The position numbers and the translations under genes are program-made. Positions 37,981 to 48,043 of a stretch of DNA of 64,000 nucleotides are shown here, in pieces. Under the pieces are notes generated by a model that did no database searches, was not told the origin of the DNA, and saw only the letters and a list, made by a program, of their open reading frames with translations. This stretch comes from a candidate division FCPU426 bacterium (GTDB lineage Bacteria; Oederibacteriota; JAAXVQ01; JAUVAV01): NCBI GenBank assembly GCA_040756875.1, contig JBFLYH010000001.1:1484399-1548398 (forward strand). The letters run 5' to 3'. Positions within the stretch are counted from its first letter, which is position 1, and each line of letters begins with the position of its first letter.

Positions 37981-38952
37981 CTAGGGCGTGAAATCTTTGG
38001 CTTCCTTCAGCAGGTTCTTACCCTGGTATTCCGGGATTTCATACAGCACGGCTTCGCCTTTGCGCTGCACCAGATACTGGCGCGTGTCGGCGAGGAAGCG
38101 GATCACTTCCAGCGCATATTCCTTGTCCGCGGTGGCCACGGCCACCACGGCCAGTGGCTTGCCAGAGGCCGGAGCATTGTCCGCGATGCGGGCAGCCGAA
38201 AGCCGGGTGAAGGCGTTGAGGAACTGGTTGACCGCCGGATCGGGCAGGGCTTTGCCGTCAGTCTGGTTTTTCCAGACAATGCGGGTCGTCATGGCCGGGG
38301 GCGTCGTGCCCTGGGGCGTGTCCGCAACGATTTTAGCCTCGGTTTCCTGCTCCTTGGTGAACTCGAACGCCGGCTGGCCGGACTGGCGGATGGAGACGCG
38401 CAAAGCCTGGTCCGTGGAAAAATCGAAAATCTGCAGGGAACGCCACTCGGTCGCGGGCCGGGACAACTGTTGGGTGATGTCGCCGAGCACCTGGTACACT
38501 TTGGGGTCGCCGGGCAGCTGCACGTAGGTGTGGGTCTGGTTGGCGTCGGTTTGCCCCACGCGCAGTTCCCAGGCCTGCTGGTTTTCGCCGCTGACCCGCA
38601 GCGTTGACGCGGTGGGCGTGGTGAGCCCGAAATCCGCCGCAGCTTCGGGCCGTTCCGAAGTCAGGCCTGTGATGCGCAATTCGCCCAGCAAGCGCGTCAG
38701 GCTGTCCAGCTTGTTTTTGTCCGCGGCAAAAGCGATGGGCGAGGTAATCTGCCAGGCGGCCGGCTGCTTCTCAAAAATCACAGAACCCGCCGGGGTCGTG
38801 ATTTCGATCTTGGTCAATTTTTCGGCTTTAATCTGCGGCAGGACGGGAAGGTTCAGCGTATTAAAGCCGCGGTCCCCGGTCTGGGTGAAAAGCACATAGG
38901 CCAGGAGCAGAAGGAAAACACCTCCGGCGATGTATAAGGAACGTTTGGACAT
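37981..38952 (-). CDS. DUF4340 family protein
   Basis: TM anchor, W.ITSP..F.AD, FGL..P, L.VG and YVQ..G...VY. Follows the GldG-like gene. Confidence 0.8.
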   Translation of the reverse strand: MSKRSLYIAGGVFLLLLAYVLFTQTGDRGFNTLNLPVLPQIKAEKLTKIEITTPAGSVIFEKQPAAWQITSPIAFAADKNKLDSLTRLLGELRITGLTSERPEAAADFGLTTPTASTLRVSGENQQAWELRVGQTDANQTHTYVQLPGDPKVYQVLGDITQQLSRPATEWRSLQIFDFSTDQALRVSIRQSGQPAFEFTKEQETEAKIVADTPQGTTPPAMTTRIVWKNQTDGKALPDPAVNQFLNAFTRLSAARIADNAPASGKPLAVVAVATADKEYALEVIRFLADTRQYLVQRKGEAVLYEIPEYQGKNLLKEAKDFTP

Positions 38953-39043
38953 TCTTTTATCCTCCCACCAAGTGTAAATAAACCTCACTGCTTAAAAAGG
39001 TTTCCCCCTCCCTTGCGGGGAGGGGATAAATATCCTGACAGGA

Positions 39044-40669
39044 TTACTGCGTCTTGGCGCCGCCGGCATACCGCTGGGCCAGGGCCAATTGCCTGGCAGC
39101 CTGGCGCCGCCACATGACCAACCCGGCCAAGACCACCAGCAGCGGCAGGCCCAGCCAGTTGAAATACTTCACGGCCTGGCGGTGGGCCTCGCCCACCTGC
39201 CCCAGAGCCGGCGGCGTGGTTTCCTTGCCGCGGATCTCAATTAGGGCCGAGTCCTGCGCGACCCAATCCACCAGGTTTTGTGCTAGCTGGATCACGTCGC
39301 CCTGGCGCCGGGGATCGATGAAGTCATTGGTGAGAAAATCCGCACCGCCCACGACCACCAGGCGGCTGGGCTTGGCTTCGGCCGCAAAGGGCGGCAGGGG
39401 CGCGTCCGAAGGCGAACCGGACGCAGGCACTTTGTCCGCCGCGAAGGCGCCGGGGAATTTTCCGCTCACAGTCACCAGCAGGGGGAACTGTTTGGGCTCC
39501 TGGCCCTGGGGCGGTTGGATGAATTGCGGGGAAAGCATGAAAAAATTCTGCTGCGCCCAGGCGCGGGGCGAACTCTTGGCCACCACCTGGCAGTCCAACT
39601 GGTTTTGTTTGCACACCGCCTCGTTGGGACTGACTTCGCTCACGAACGGGAGGGTGAACGATTCCAGGTTCTTCACCATCAGGTGCTTGGCGTTGATGTT
39701 GGTCACCAGGGGGAACGGCGGGTAAGCCACGATGTTCTGCATGATGAAGCCCGGCCCGCGCTGGGCCACGGCGATCTTCTGGCACTGGACGTCGTAAATC
39801 AGGTTGGGGGCCACGTTCACGCCCCAGGCCGCGGCCAGCTCGTTGAGGTGTGTCATGAGCGGCCGTCCCTGCATGGTGGAGCGGGCGTCTGCCTTGATCA
39901 TTTGGACCATGAGCGCCAGGCTCCGGCCCGAGCGCAGGAAGTGGTCCAACCGGTAACGCGAGACCTCGTCCAGCGCCTCGGTCGGGCCGGGAACCACCAG
40001 CGCGTCCACGCGGTCCGGGATGGCCTCGCCGCCGAGGTGGACCGGCACCACCTCGTAATTGCCCGAAATGATCTGGCTGAAATTGCTGAGGTCGGATTCC
40101 AGGGCCGGTTCCCCGTGGCCCTGGGTGATGCCCAGCACCTTTTTCTTTTCCTGCATCAGCTTCTTGATCATGCTGGAGAGCTGGTACTCCAGACCGCTGG
40201 TGTCCTGCAAAAGCGGCAGGACTTCCTGGCGGTTGCCGTAGAACATGGCCAGCCCCATGAAACCGGTTTTTTGTTCAAACTTGTCCCGCGCCACCGCGGT
40301 CAGCTGGATTTCGTAGACGCCCAGCGTGCGGGCCTCGCGCTGCAGGGCCGGGTCCTCGGCCGGGTCCACGAACTGATAGTTGAAGCGGCCGCGGGAATAA
40401 ATGCGGTAGTCCTCCAGCAGGTCCCGCAGGTAGCGGGCATTGGCGTTGTAGGGCGGCGGCAACTGCTGGCTGAAAAACGCCTTGACGGTCAGCGGATCCT
40501 TGAGGTTGCGCATATATTGTTTGGACACGGCGGACAGCGAATACGCGTGGCTCCTGGTGAGGTCGAGGCGGAAAAACGTCCGCACGGAAAAGAGGTTGGC
40601 CAGGACCAGGATGCCGGCCACGATCAAATACAGGCTTAAGCGGTTGCGACCCTGCTCGTTCAGGCGCAT
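39044..40669 (-). CDS. GldG-like ABC transporter auxiliary component
   Basis: RLDLTRSHAYSLS, FVDP, LEYQLSSMI, QGHGE and NLVDW...LIEIRGK. Confidence 0.88.
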   Translation of the reverse strand: MRLNEQGRNRLSLYLIVAGILVLANLFSVRTFFRLDLTRSHAYSLSAVSKQYMRNLKDPLTVKAFFSQQLPPPYNANARYLRDLLEDYRIYSRGRFNYQFVDPAEDPALQREARTLGVYEIQLTAVARDKFEQKTGFMGLAMFYGNRQEVLPLLQDTSGLEYQLSSMIKKLMQEKKKVLGITQGHGEPALESDLSNFSQIISGNYEVVPVHLGGEAIPDRVDALVVPGPTEALDEVSRYRLDHFLRSGRSLALMVQMIKADARSTMQGRPLMTHLNELAAAWGVNVAPNLIYDVQCQKIAVAQRGPGFIMQNIVAYPPFPLVTNINAKHLMVKNLESFTLPFVSEVSPNEAVCKQNQLDCQVVAKSSPRAWAQQNFFMLSPQFIQPPQGQEPKQFPLLVTVSGKFPGAFAADKVPASGSPSDAPLPPFAAEAKPSRLVVVGGADFLTNDFIDPRRQGDVIQLAQNLVDWVAQDSALIEIRGKETTPPALGQVGEAHRQAVKYFNWLGLPLLVVLAGLVMWRRQAARQLALAQRYAGGAKTQ

Positions 40670-40670
40670 G

Positions 40671-41462
40671 TCATTTCCTCCCTTCCAGCACCAGGCGCGT
40701 GCCCAGGAAAGCCGTCACGCTGATGGAGGCGTAGTATACGAGGTCCTTGGAATCGATCACGCCCCGGGCGAAGTTCTGGAAATGATAATCCGATCCCAGG
40801 TACTCGAACAGGCCCACCAGGAAGGACGGCACGAACATCAGGATTTTGTCCATCAGGTAGAGGGCGAAGCAAAAGGCGAACCCGAGGATGAAGGCCACGA
40901 TCTGGTTGCGGGTCAGGGCCGAGGTCAGGAGCCCCAGGCTCAAATAGGTGGCGCCCAGGCACAGCAGCCCGAGGTAGCCGCCCACGACCGGCCCCCAATC
41001 CAGGGGGCCCAGGGTGGCCAGGGTCAGCGGGTAGCTGAACGAAATGCCCAGGATCACGGCCAGGAAGCCGAGCGCGGCCAGACCCTTGCCCAGCAGCATT
41101 TCCGTAAGCGACAGCGGCAGGGTCATGAGCATTTCGTAGGACCCGGTGTTGAACTCTTCGGACAGCAGCCGCATGGTGATGGCCGGCGCCAGGAACATCA
41201 AGAGCAGGGGCGCGGTGGCGAAGTAGGTCCGCATTTCCAGCACGCCGAACAGAAAAAAGCGGGAAAAGAAAAACCAGCCCGCGAACAGGAGGTAAATGAC
41301 CATGACGACATAGGCGATGGGCGAGAAAAAGTAGGCGTACAATTCCCGTCGCGCGAGGGCGACGATCCGGCCGAGGGCCCGGTTGCCGGCCGGTGCGGCT
41401 CCTGGCCGGGCCGCGGTTTCGGCCGCAGGCTGGGCTGGTTCGGATGTTTTGACGCTGGTCAT
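40671..41462 (-). CDS. GldF-like ABC transporter permease
   Basis: RELYAYFFSPIAY, PAITMRLLSEE..TGS.E.L.TLP and HFQNFARGVIDSKD. Confidence 0.9.
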   Translation of the reverse strand: MTSVKTSEPAQPAAETAARPGAAPAGNRALGRIVALARRELYAYFFSPIAYVVMVIYLLFAGWFFFSRFFLFGVLEMRTYFATAPLLLMFLAPAITMRLLSEEFNTGSYEMLMTLPLSLTEMLLGKGLAALGFLAVILGISFSYPLTLATLGPLDWGPVVGGYLGLLCLGATYLSLGLLTSALTRNQIVAFILGFAFCFALYLMDKILMFVPSFLVGLFEYLGSDYHFQNFARGVIDSKDLVYYASISVTAFLGTRLVLEGRK

Positions 41463-41482
41463 GCCTTCAACCTCCCTAGGGA

Positions 41483-42418
41483 TTAATTCGCAGTCAGACG
41501 GCGGAACACGTCTTCCAGGCTCAGAACTTCGCGGTGCATTTCATACAAGGTCCAGCCTTCGCGGCCGGCGAGACGGAAGATTTCCGGCCGCAGGTCGTGG
41601 TCAGGCTGGTAGCGGACCAGGTATCCGTGGATGTCGCGGCCCTCGTCCTCGGTGCGCTCCGCGTTCAGCACGTGGGGGAGTTTTTTCAGTTTTTCGAGCA
41701 CGGTCCGGCTTTCGCCCTCGCCGATCCGCAGGTGCAGGCGCGCTTCGTCCACGGCCTGCCGCTGCAGATCGCGGGGATTGCTGTCCGCCACCACCCGGCC
41801 CTGGTGGATGATCACCACCCGGTCGCAGGTGGCCTCGACCTCGCTCAGGATGTGAGAGGAAAGGATCACGGTCTTCTCCCGGCCCAGGCGCTTGATCAGG
41901 TCGCGGATCTCGCTGATTTGGTTGGGGTCCAGACCGGCCGTGGGTTCGTCCAGAATAAGGTATTCCGGATCGTGGATCATGGCCTGCGCCAGGCCCACGC
42001 GCTGCCGGTTGCCTTTGGACACTTCGGAAACCTTTTTATGCACAATGCCGGCCAGCCCGCAGACCGCGATCATGTCGTCGACCCGGCTCTGGCGCCGGGC
42101 CTGCGGCAGTTCGCGCATGGCGGCCACGAAGTGCAGATAGTCGTACACCAGCATGTCCTGGTAGAGCGGGTTGTATTCGGGCAGGTAGCCGATCAGGTCA
42201 CGTATGGGCTGGCGCTCATCCAGCGCATCCAGCCCGCCGACCGTGATTTTTCCGCCGTCCGGCCGCAGGTAGCCGGCAATCAGGCGCAGGGTCGTGGTCT
42301 TGCCTGCGCCGTTGGGCCCGAGCAGCCCGAGAATCTCACCCGGCTTCACCTGGAAGCTGACACGGTCCACGGCCGCGACCGCGCCGAAACTTTTCGCCAA
42401 ATCCTCAACCCGTATCAT
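41483..42418 (-). CDS. GldA-like ABC transporter ATP-binding protein
   Basis: GPNGAGKTT, SKGNRQRVGLAQA, LILDEPTAGLDP and SSHILSEV. Confidence 0.95.
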   Translation of the reverse strand: MIRVEDLAKSFGAVAAVDRVSFQVKPGEILGLLGPNGAGKTTTLRLIAGYLRPDGGKITVGGLDALDERQPIRDLIGYLPEYNPLYQDMLVYDYLHFVAAMRELPQARRQSRVDDMIAVCGLAGIVHKKVSEVSKGNRQRVGLAQAMIHDPEYLILDEPTAGLDPNQISEIRDLIKRLGREKTVILSSHILSEVEATCDRVVIIHQGRVVADSNPRDLQRQAVDEARLHLRIGEGESRTVLEKLKKLPHVLNAERTEDEGRDIHGYLVRYQPDHDLRPEIFRLAGREGWTLYEMHREVLSLEDVFRRLTAN

Positions 42419-42453
42419 ATGCCGCAGACCTCCTGGGAACTAAAAACTTTGAA

Positions 42454-42482
42454 ATGATAAGAAAAGCCGTTTTTATTGTCAA
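42454..42482 (-). promoter_or_regulatory. Promoter for the ABC operon
   Basis: Minus strand TTGACA, 17 bp, TATCAT. Confidence 0.7.
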
Positions 42483-42630
42483 GCAGAACCACAGGACGAA
42501 TGGCGAGTAAATCGGCTTTTAGACCCCGCCGGGCCGCATAGGTTCTCTTTTATGGGTGGAAAGTGGGCGGCGCTCCAATCCAGGCAGAAGGCCTCTCCAG
42601 GCAAAGGACCGCCAGCTATCCGGCTCCCTT

Positions 42631-43137
42631 TTATTTCAGCGCTTTCTCATACACCTTCCTCACCCCGTTATTCTTCTCCCTTATGATGATCCCCTTGATC
42701 TTCCCCTCCAACGTCTTCCTGGCCTTGGGATGGTGACGCAGAAGAGCGGCGAGGGCGTAGGCAGCGCACCAGCGTACGACTGTACTGGGGTCTTGCGCGT
42801 TGATCAACAGGTTCGGGATGGCTTTGGCGACTTGTTCCGGGTACTTCTCAGCCAGATTGCCCAGGGCTTCGGGTACGCCCCATTTGACGCGGTTGACCCG
42901 GGAAGTAACACAAGGGATCAGGTCAGGAATAAAAGGCCCCAGGAGTTCGGGGTGTTCCGCGGACAAGTGCTTCATCACATCCGCGCAGGAGCCCTGGTCC
43001 TGGTCCCGGGCGGTTTTAAAAAAAACCATGAACTCCTTGGCAGAGATTTTTTTCCGCCCCAGCGCTTGGGTCAGGATTTCGGTTTTTTCCTTGGGTTTGC
43101 GGGCGGATTGAAGGATATCCAGAATAGCTTGACTCAT
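42631..43137 (-). CDS. HEAT-repeat-like hypothetical protein
   Basis: RVKWGVPEALGNLA and VVRWCAAYALAAL. Confidence 0.7.
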   Translation of the reverse strand: MSQAILDILQSARKPKEKTEILTQALGRKKISAKEFMVFFKTARDQDQGSCADVMKHLSAEHPELLGPFIPDLIPCVTSRVNRVKWGVPEALGNLAEKYPEQVAKAIPNLLINAQDPSTVVRWCAAYALAALLRHHPKARKTLEGKIKGIIIREKNNGVRKVYEKALK

Positions 43138-43199
43138 GCGTTGACCTCGGCTGTGCGATCCCGCTCACTTCATATTAAAGCAGGCGTGTTTTGAATCCT

Positions 43200-43934
43200 T
43201 TACCGCCTCTGGCGGCGTTTAGGACCCGCAGGCGGCAGGCTGGGCGCGGAGACGGGCTGGGGCGCGTCGGCATGCAGGTGTTCGTCCTCCGTGGGGCTGG
43301 AAACCAAGCCCAGCGTGGCGATCAGTTTCAGGGCCTGCTCGGCTGACATGGGCAGGATGCGCACGTCCTTCGCGGGCACCAGCAGCATCACGCCCTGGCT
43401 GGGGATCGGCGCCGCAGGCAGGAACACAGTGAGCATTTTCTTGCGGATGATTTGCTCGGCGGCCGCGAAGGCCGGGACCGTGAGAAAGCCCACGGTCCAG
43501 ATGCCCTTGCGGGGAAATTCGAACAGGACAGCCGTGCGAAAAGCCGTAGAACCGCCGGCGGAAAACGCCTTGACCAGCTGCCGGATGCTGCCGTAGACGT
43601 TGCTGACCAAGGGGATGTTGCGGATGATGCGGTCCCCGAAGCGGAGCACGCGCCGGCCCAGATAGTTCGAGGCCACCAAACCGGTCAGCATGGTCAGGAC
43701 CAGCGTGGCCAGAATGCCGAAGCCCGGGATGCGCTTCAGTTCCGGCGGAAGCTTGAATCCCAGCGCACGCAGGAACTGGCCGCCCATGGGCGCCAGCCAG
43801 CCGTCGAGCAGATTGAAGAGAAACACCAGGATCAGGATCGTGGCCGCGAGCGGGATCATCACCAGCAGGCCGGAAATGAAGATCCGGCGCAGGGTGATGG
43901 GATGGTCTTTGTGGGGATGGGGTTCAGGCACCAT
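43200..43934 (-). CDS. DUF502 family membrane protein
   Basis: FISGLLVMIPL, IPLVSNVYGSIRQL, EFPRKGIWTVGFLT and MSAEQALKLI. Confidence 0.9.
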   Translation of the reverse strand: MVPEPHPHKDHPITLRRIFISGLLVMIPLAATILILVFLFNLLDGWLAPMGGQFLRALGFKLPPELKRIPGFGILATLVLTMLTGLVASNYLGRRVLRFGDRIIRNIPLVSNVYGSIRQLVKAFSAGGSTAFRTAVLFEFPRKGIWTVGFLTVPAFAAAEQIIRKKMLTVFLPAAPIPSQGVMLLVPAKDVRILPMSAEQALKLIATLGLVSSPTEDEHLHADAPQPVSAPSLPPAGPKRRQRR

Positions 43935-43993
43935 GCCAGACTCCGCAAAAGGTATGCAAGCAGGACAGAGTATGCCTGGAGGCGAACGGCTTG

Positions 43994-44722
43994 TCAAGGC
44001 TGTCCCGCAGCGTACTTGCCCCCTTCTACCCCCGCCAGCCAAGCGGCCAGCTTGTCCTGCTCCGTGAAATCCGCCAGCACCAGACCGGCCTTGCTGGCCG
44101 CGAGCTGGGCCGGAGTAAAGGGTCCGGTGGCCACGGCCACAGTGCGCGCGCCGATGGCCATGCCGGCCGCCACGTCGTGCGGTGTGTCGCCGACCACGAT
44201 CACGCGTTCAGGCGGCAGGGGCGCGCCCCGCAGGGTTTCGCCGCGCGCGACGGCCTTGCGCAGCAAGTCCACGCGGTCCACGGCGTCCGAACCGAAGCCG
44301 CCGAAGCGGAAATAGCCGTCCAGGCCGCCGCGCTTGAGCTTGAGCTGGGCGCCGAATTCCAGGTTGCCGGTGCCGAGCCCCAGCCAGGTATCCGGCCGCG
44401 CTTGCGCCTGTTCCAGGAATTCGCGGATCCCGGGCAGCACCCTGAACGCCGGGGCCGCGGCCAGGGTTTGCTCCAGCAACTCCAGGTAGCGGCCGAAGAC
44501 CCGCTCCATTTCCGCCTCGCTCATGCCGCGGCCGCGCTGCTTTTCCGACACTTCGTGGACGATGGAGGGGTCCGTGCGCCCGGCCGGCGAGATGCCGGCC
44601 AGGGGTTCGCGCCAGCCCATGACCTCCGTGAAGGCCTGTTCCATGGCCTGCATGCCCGCGCCGCCGGTGCGCACCAGCGTGCCGTCCAGGTCGAACAGCC
44701 ACAGATAGCCCGCGGGGATCAA
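43994..44722 (-). CDS. HAD-superfamily hydrolase
   Basis: LFDLDGTL, LGTGN, GGFGSD and VVGDTPHD. TTG start overlaps the upstream stop. Confidence 0.9.
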   Translation of the reverse strand: MIPAGYLWLFDLDGTLVRTGGAGMQAMEQAFTEVMGWREPLAGISPAGRTDPSIVHEVSEKQRGRGMSEAEMERVFGRYLELLEQTLAAAPAFRVLPGIREFLEQAQARPDTWLGLGTGNLEFGAQLKLKRGGLDGYFRFGGFGSDAVDRVDLLRKAVARGETLRGAPLPPERVIVVGDTPHDVAAGMAIGARTVAVATGPFTPAQLAASKAGLVLADFTEQDKLAAWLAGVEGGKYAAGQP

Positions 44723-46320
44723 AACCGCACTCCCAGGCTGAATTGCAGTCCCAGGCCTGTGCCGGGAATGCCGACCCGGCCCGGTCCGGCTGCCACGGCC
44801 CGCTGCTGGAAGTCGTCCTCGTACCAGACCGCGGCCTGACAAAACGTTCCGCTCGGCCCGCCCCATTCCAGGCCCGCGTCAGCCGCGAGCGCAGGCCCCT
44901 GGTCCGTGTGGCTGAACGGCGCGAAGGACAGGCTGCGCTGGCGCCAGATAGGACCGGCCCCGAAGGAACCTTGTATCCGCCAACTGCCCCAGGACCAGCG
45001 GACCAGCCCCAGCAGCTCCGCGCCCAGGCCCCATTCCGTGGACCGCAGGGGATCGCGGAAAAGGTCCGGCGCCGTGGTTCGCGCCTGGGTGTAAACCAGC
45101 TTCAAGCGGGGCGCCACGGCCAGGGCCGCGGACAGGGGACCCTGCCCCGCGGTCTGCAGCACGCTGCGGCGGTAGCGCACTTGCCATCCCAGGTTGGCCA
45201 GTTCGTCGTCGCGGACCCAGCCTTGGCCGCGAAAACCTTCGTCCACCCCGCGCAGCTTGAGCAACAGCGAGATCTCCGCCTCGGAAGCCATGGGCTCGGC
45301 CGCGGGTTTGGGCCAGCTTAGCGGTTGAAACCGGCCCGGGCCCATGATGGGCGCCTCGAGCCGCTCCTGCAGGAACCGGTTGCGCTCCGCCCAGTTGCGC
45401 CGCTGGGCCAGCTCCCACACGCGTTCCGCGCTGCCCTGGTGGTTGAGAAACAGCAAGTTGGCGAAAATCGCCGCGCCGGTCAGGTTCTCCTGGCGTGATT
45501 GGTTTTGGCTGGCCACGGCAAAACCGACGGCGCCCGCCAGGAACAACAACTCCGAATACAACTGGCTCGAGGCTTCCCGCATCCCGGGTTCCAGCAATTC
45601 CTCGCCCCAGCCGGGCAGGAGGCTGGACCGCTGCGCCAGGCTGCGCGGATCGAAATGCGGAACCAGCGCGGCTTCCGCGGCTTCGGCGGCCAGGGGATGC
45701 TCGGGATGCCGGGCCCGCAGGGCCGCGAAGCCCGCGAGGTCGCCGTCCGTTTCCAGCCAATGAGACCAGGCTTGCAAATAAACGGCCCAGCCCGCGAACC
45801 TGGATTCCGGGAACTCGTTGACCAAAGCGGCGAAGTCGGGCAGCGCGCCGCCCTCGCCCACGGCCTGCAGCCAGGCCAGGCTGAGCGCCACGGCGGCGTC
45901 CAGGTCCAAAGCGTCCGTGGTTTCCTCCCGGCCCAGCCAGAGGTAGAACGCTTTGACCGTCCGGGACCAGGCCGGATCAGGCGTGAAATCGGACAGCAGC
46001 TCGCCCTCGGATTTCAGGGGCGGCAACAGGGGCAGAAGCGGGCTGCGGGGCCAGTAAGCCGCGAGATACCGGCGCACGCGCCGCGCCTCAAAACCCTGGT
46101 CTTCATAATCCAGCAACTCGGCCAGCCAAAAGAGTTCCAGGTCTTCCACGCGCCCCGTGGTTTTCATGGCCGGTGCGGCGGCCAGGGTTTGGCAGGCTTC
46201 CACCAGGCGGTCCGCCAAATCCGTCTCTACGGAGGCGACGGGTTCGGATTGGGCCAGCGCCAGACCGGCGTTCAGACCGGCAGCGGCCAGTGCGCCCAAG
46301 AGCCATGTCCAGGGTTTCAT
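44719..46320 (-). CDS. Exported protein: TPR-like helical N-terminal half and probable C-terminal beta-barrel
   Basis: Signal peptide, three 'W/F/H-P.S/H' TPR-like motifs, SSLLPGWG motif, and amphipathic strands ending SLGVRF. Confidence 0.6.
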   Translation of the reverse strand: MKPWTWLLGALAAAGLNAGLALAQSEPVASVETDLADRLVEACQTLAAAPAMKTTGRVEDLELFWLAELLDYEDQGFEARRVRRYLAAYWPRSPLLPLLPPLKSEGELLSDFTPDPAWSRTVKAFYLWLGREETTDALDLDAAVALSLAWLQAVGEGGALPDFAALVNEFPESRFAGWAVYLQAWSHWLETDGDLAGFAALRARHPEHPLAAEAAEAALVPHFDPRSLAQRSSLLPGWGEELLEPGMREASSQLYSELLFLAGAVGFAVASQNQSRQENLTGAAIFANLLFLNHQGSAERVWELAQRRNWAERNRFLQERLEAPIMGPGRFQPLSWPKPAAEPMASEAEISLLLKLRGVDEGFRGQGWVRDDELANLGWQVRYRRSVLQTAGQGPLSAALAVAPRLKLVYTQARTTAPDLFRDPLRSTEWGLGAELLGLVRWSWGSWRIQGSFGAGPIWRQRSLSFAPFSHTDQGPALAADAGLEWGGPSGTFCQAAVWYEDDFQQRAVAAGPGRVGIPGTGLGLQFSLGVRF

Positions 46321-46694
46321 GGTTGCCTCCCTGCCCTGACGCCGGGTTGCCACCACCACCAGGAGGACAGACACAGGGCCAGATACAGGCCGGCCAGCAG
46401 CCGGAAAATCCATAACGGCGCACCCCAATTGTCCACGTAAATGAGGCGTTCGATCCAGGAGCCGAGAAAGGAACCGTGATAGGAGAACCCCGGATCCGAC
46501 AGGCGCCGGAAATAGGTTTCAGCCACGGTCAGGGGGCAATACCAGCCGCATGCGGCCAGCAACAGATAGGAAGACAGGCCCGCGGCGTGGGCCAGGCGCA
46601 GGACCCGGCTTTTCAGCAGCAAGGCGAGGGGAAAACCGGACACCATGAACACCACCCATAAGAAGTGCAGGACCAGCAGGGCGTCCGCCGCCAT
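46317..46694 (-). CDS. DUF2784 family membrane protein
   Basis: ADALLVLHFLWVVF, WYCPLT.AE and GSF...IERLIY. Confidence 0.85.
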   Translation of the reverse strand: MAADALLVLHFLWVVFMVSGFPLALLLKSRVLRLAHAAGLSSYLLLAACGWYCPLTVAETYFRRLSDPGFSYHGSFLGSWIERLIYVDNWGAPLWIFRLLAGLYLALCLSSWWWWQPGVRAGRQP

Positions 46695-46704
46695 GCGCCG
46701 CGGC

Positions 46705-48018
46705 TCAGAGGATTTCCGCCGCCAGGGCCGCCAGGGGCGAGCGCTCGCTTTTGTTCAAGGTCACGTGCCCGAACAGCGGCTGGGCTTTGAAATGCTCGAC
46801 CAGGTAGGTCAGCCCGTTGGAATTGGAATCCAAGTAGGGATTGTCGATCTGGTAGGGATCGCCGGTCAGCACCACCTTGGAGCTTTCGCCCGCGCGGGAG
46901 ACGATGGTCTTGACCTCGTGCGGCGTGAGGTTTTGCGCCTCGTCCACGATGATGAACTGCTTGGGAATCGAACGGCCGCGGATGTAGGTGAGGGATTCGA
47001 GGACGATCTTGCCGCTTTCGTTCAGGTAGCGCAGCGTGCCCTCCCCGGTTTCCTCGGCTTCGCCGTTCTGGTCCATGAGAAATTCCAGGTTGTCGAAGAT
47101 GGGCTGCATCCAGGGCGCGATCTTTTCTTCTTTGGTGCCCGGCAGGTAGCCGATGTCCCGGCCCAGGGGGATGACCGGCCGCGTCACCAGGATGCGGCGG
47201 TAGCGGCGTTCGTCCAGGGTGACCCGCAGGGCCGCGGCGATCGCGAGCAGGGTCTTGCCCGTGCCGGCCGGCCCGAGCAGCGTCACCAGGGGAATGGCGT
47301 TGTCGAGCAGGAGCTCCAGGGCGAACTTCTGGCGCAGGTTCTTGGCCTTGATGCCCCAGATTTCCTGGTCGCCCTGCAGGAGCGGCACCAGGGTTTTGTC
47401 CTTCCAGTTGACCTTGCTGACCGCGCTTTGGCGCGAAGCGCCGCCCGCGTCGCGCAGGATCACGAACTGGTTCGGATGCATTTCCTGGTCGGTCAGCGGG
47501 AGTTTCTTGTCCGCATAGAACTGGTTGATGACCTCGGGCGTCACTTCCAGGTTGGTGACGCCCGAATACAGCTCATCAATATTGACCTTGTGGTGTTCGA
47601 AATCCTCGGCCATCACGCCGAAAACGTCGGCCTTGACCCGCAGGTTCACGTCCTTGGTGACCAGGCGCACGTTCTCCACGCCCCGCTGCTGCAGGGTCAT
47701 GGCCAGGGCCAGGATCTGGTTGTCGTTCTTGCTGTTGTCGAGGCCTTTCAGCTCCAGGTCCGGCATTTCCACCGGGATCTTCAGGATGCCGCCGTTGTCC
47801 ATGGCCACGCCCTTGGAGAGCGACCCCTTGCCGCGCATGCTGTCCACGAAGCGCGAGACCGCGCGCGCGTTCTTGCCCTTTTCGTCGTTGAGCTTTTTGA
47901 ATTTATCCAGCTCTTCCAGGGCGAGGATGGGGATGACGACGACGTTGTCCTCGAACATGCTCACGGCCTGCGGGTTGTGCAGCAGGACGTTGGTGTCAAG
48001 AATGAAGGTCTTTTGCAT
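46705..48018 (-). CDS. PIN-PhoH (PhoH2/YlaK-like) protein
   Basis: PIN domain (ILDTNVLLH, LEELD, NDNQIL, KDVNLR), GPAGTGKT, RGRS and DEAQN. Confidence 0.93.
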   Translation of the reverse strand: MQKTFILDTNVLLHNPQAVSMFEDNVVVIPILALEELDKFKKLNDEKGKNARAVSRFVDSMRGKGSLSKGVAMDNGGILKIPVEMPDLELKGLDNSKNDNQILALAMTLQQRGVENVRLVTKDVNLRVKADVFGVMAEDFEHHKVNIDELYSGVTNLEVTPEVINQFYADKKLPLTDQEMHPNQFVILRDAGGASRQSAVSKVNWKDKTLVPLLQGDQEIWGIKAKNLRQKFALELLLDNAIPLVTLLGPAGTGKTLLAIAAALRVTLDERRYRRILVTRPVIPLGRDIGYLPGTKEEKIAPWMQPIFDNLEFLMDQNGEAEETGEGTLRYLNESGKIVLESLTYIRGRSIPKQFIIVDEAQNLTPHEVKTIVSRAGESSKVVLTGDPYQIDNPYLDSNSNGLTYLVEHFKAQPLFGHVTLNKSERSPLAALAAEIL

Positions 48019-48043
48019 GGGTCACCTGATCGCAGGAATGGGC

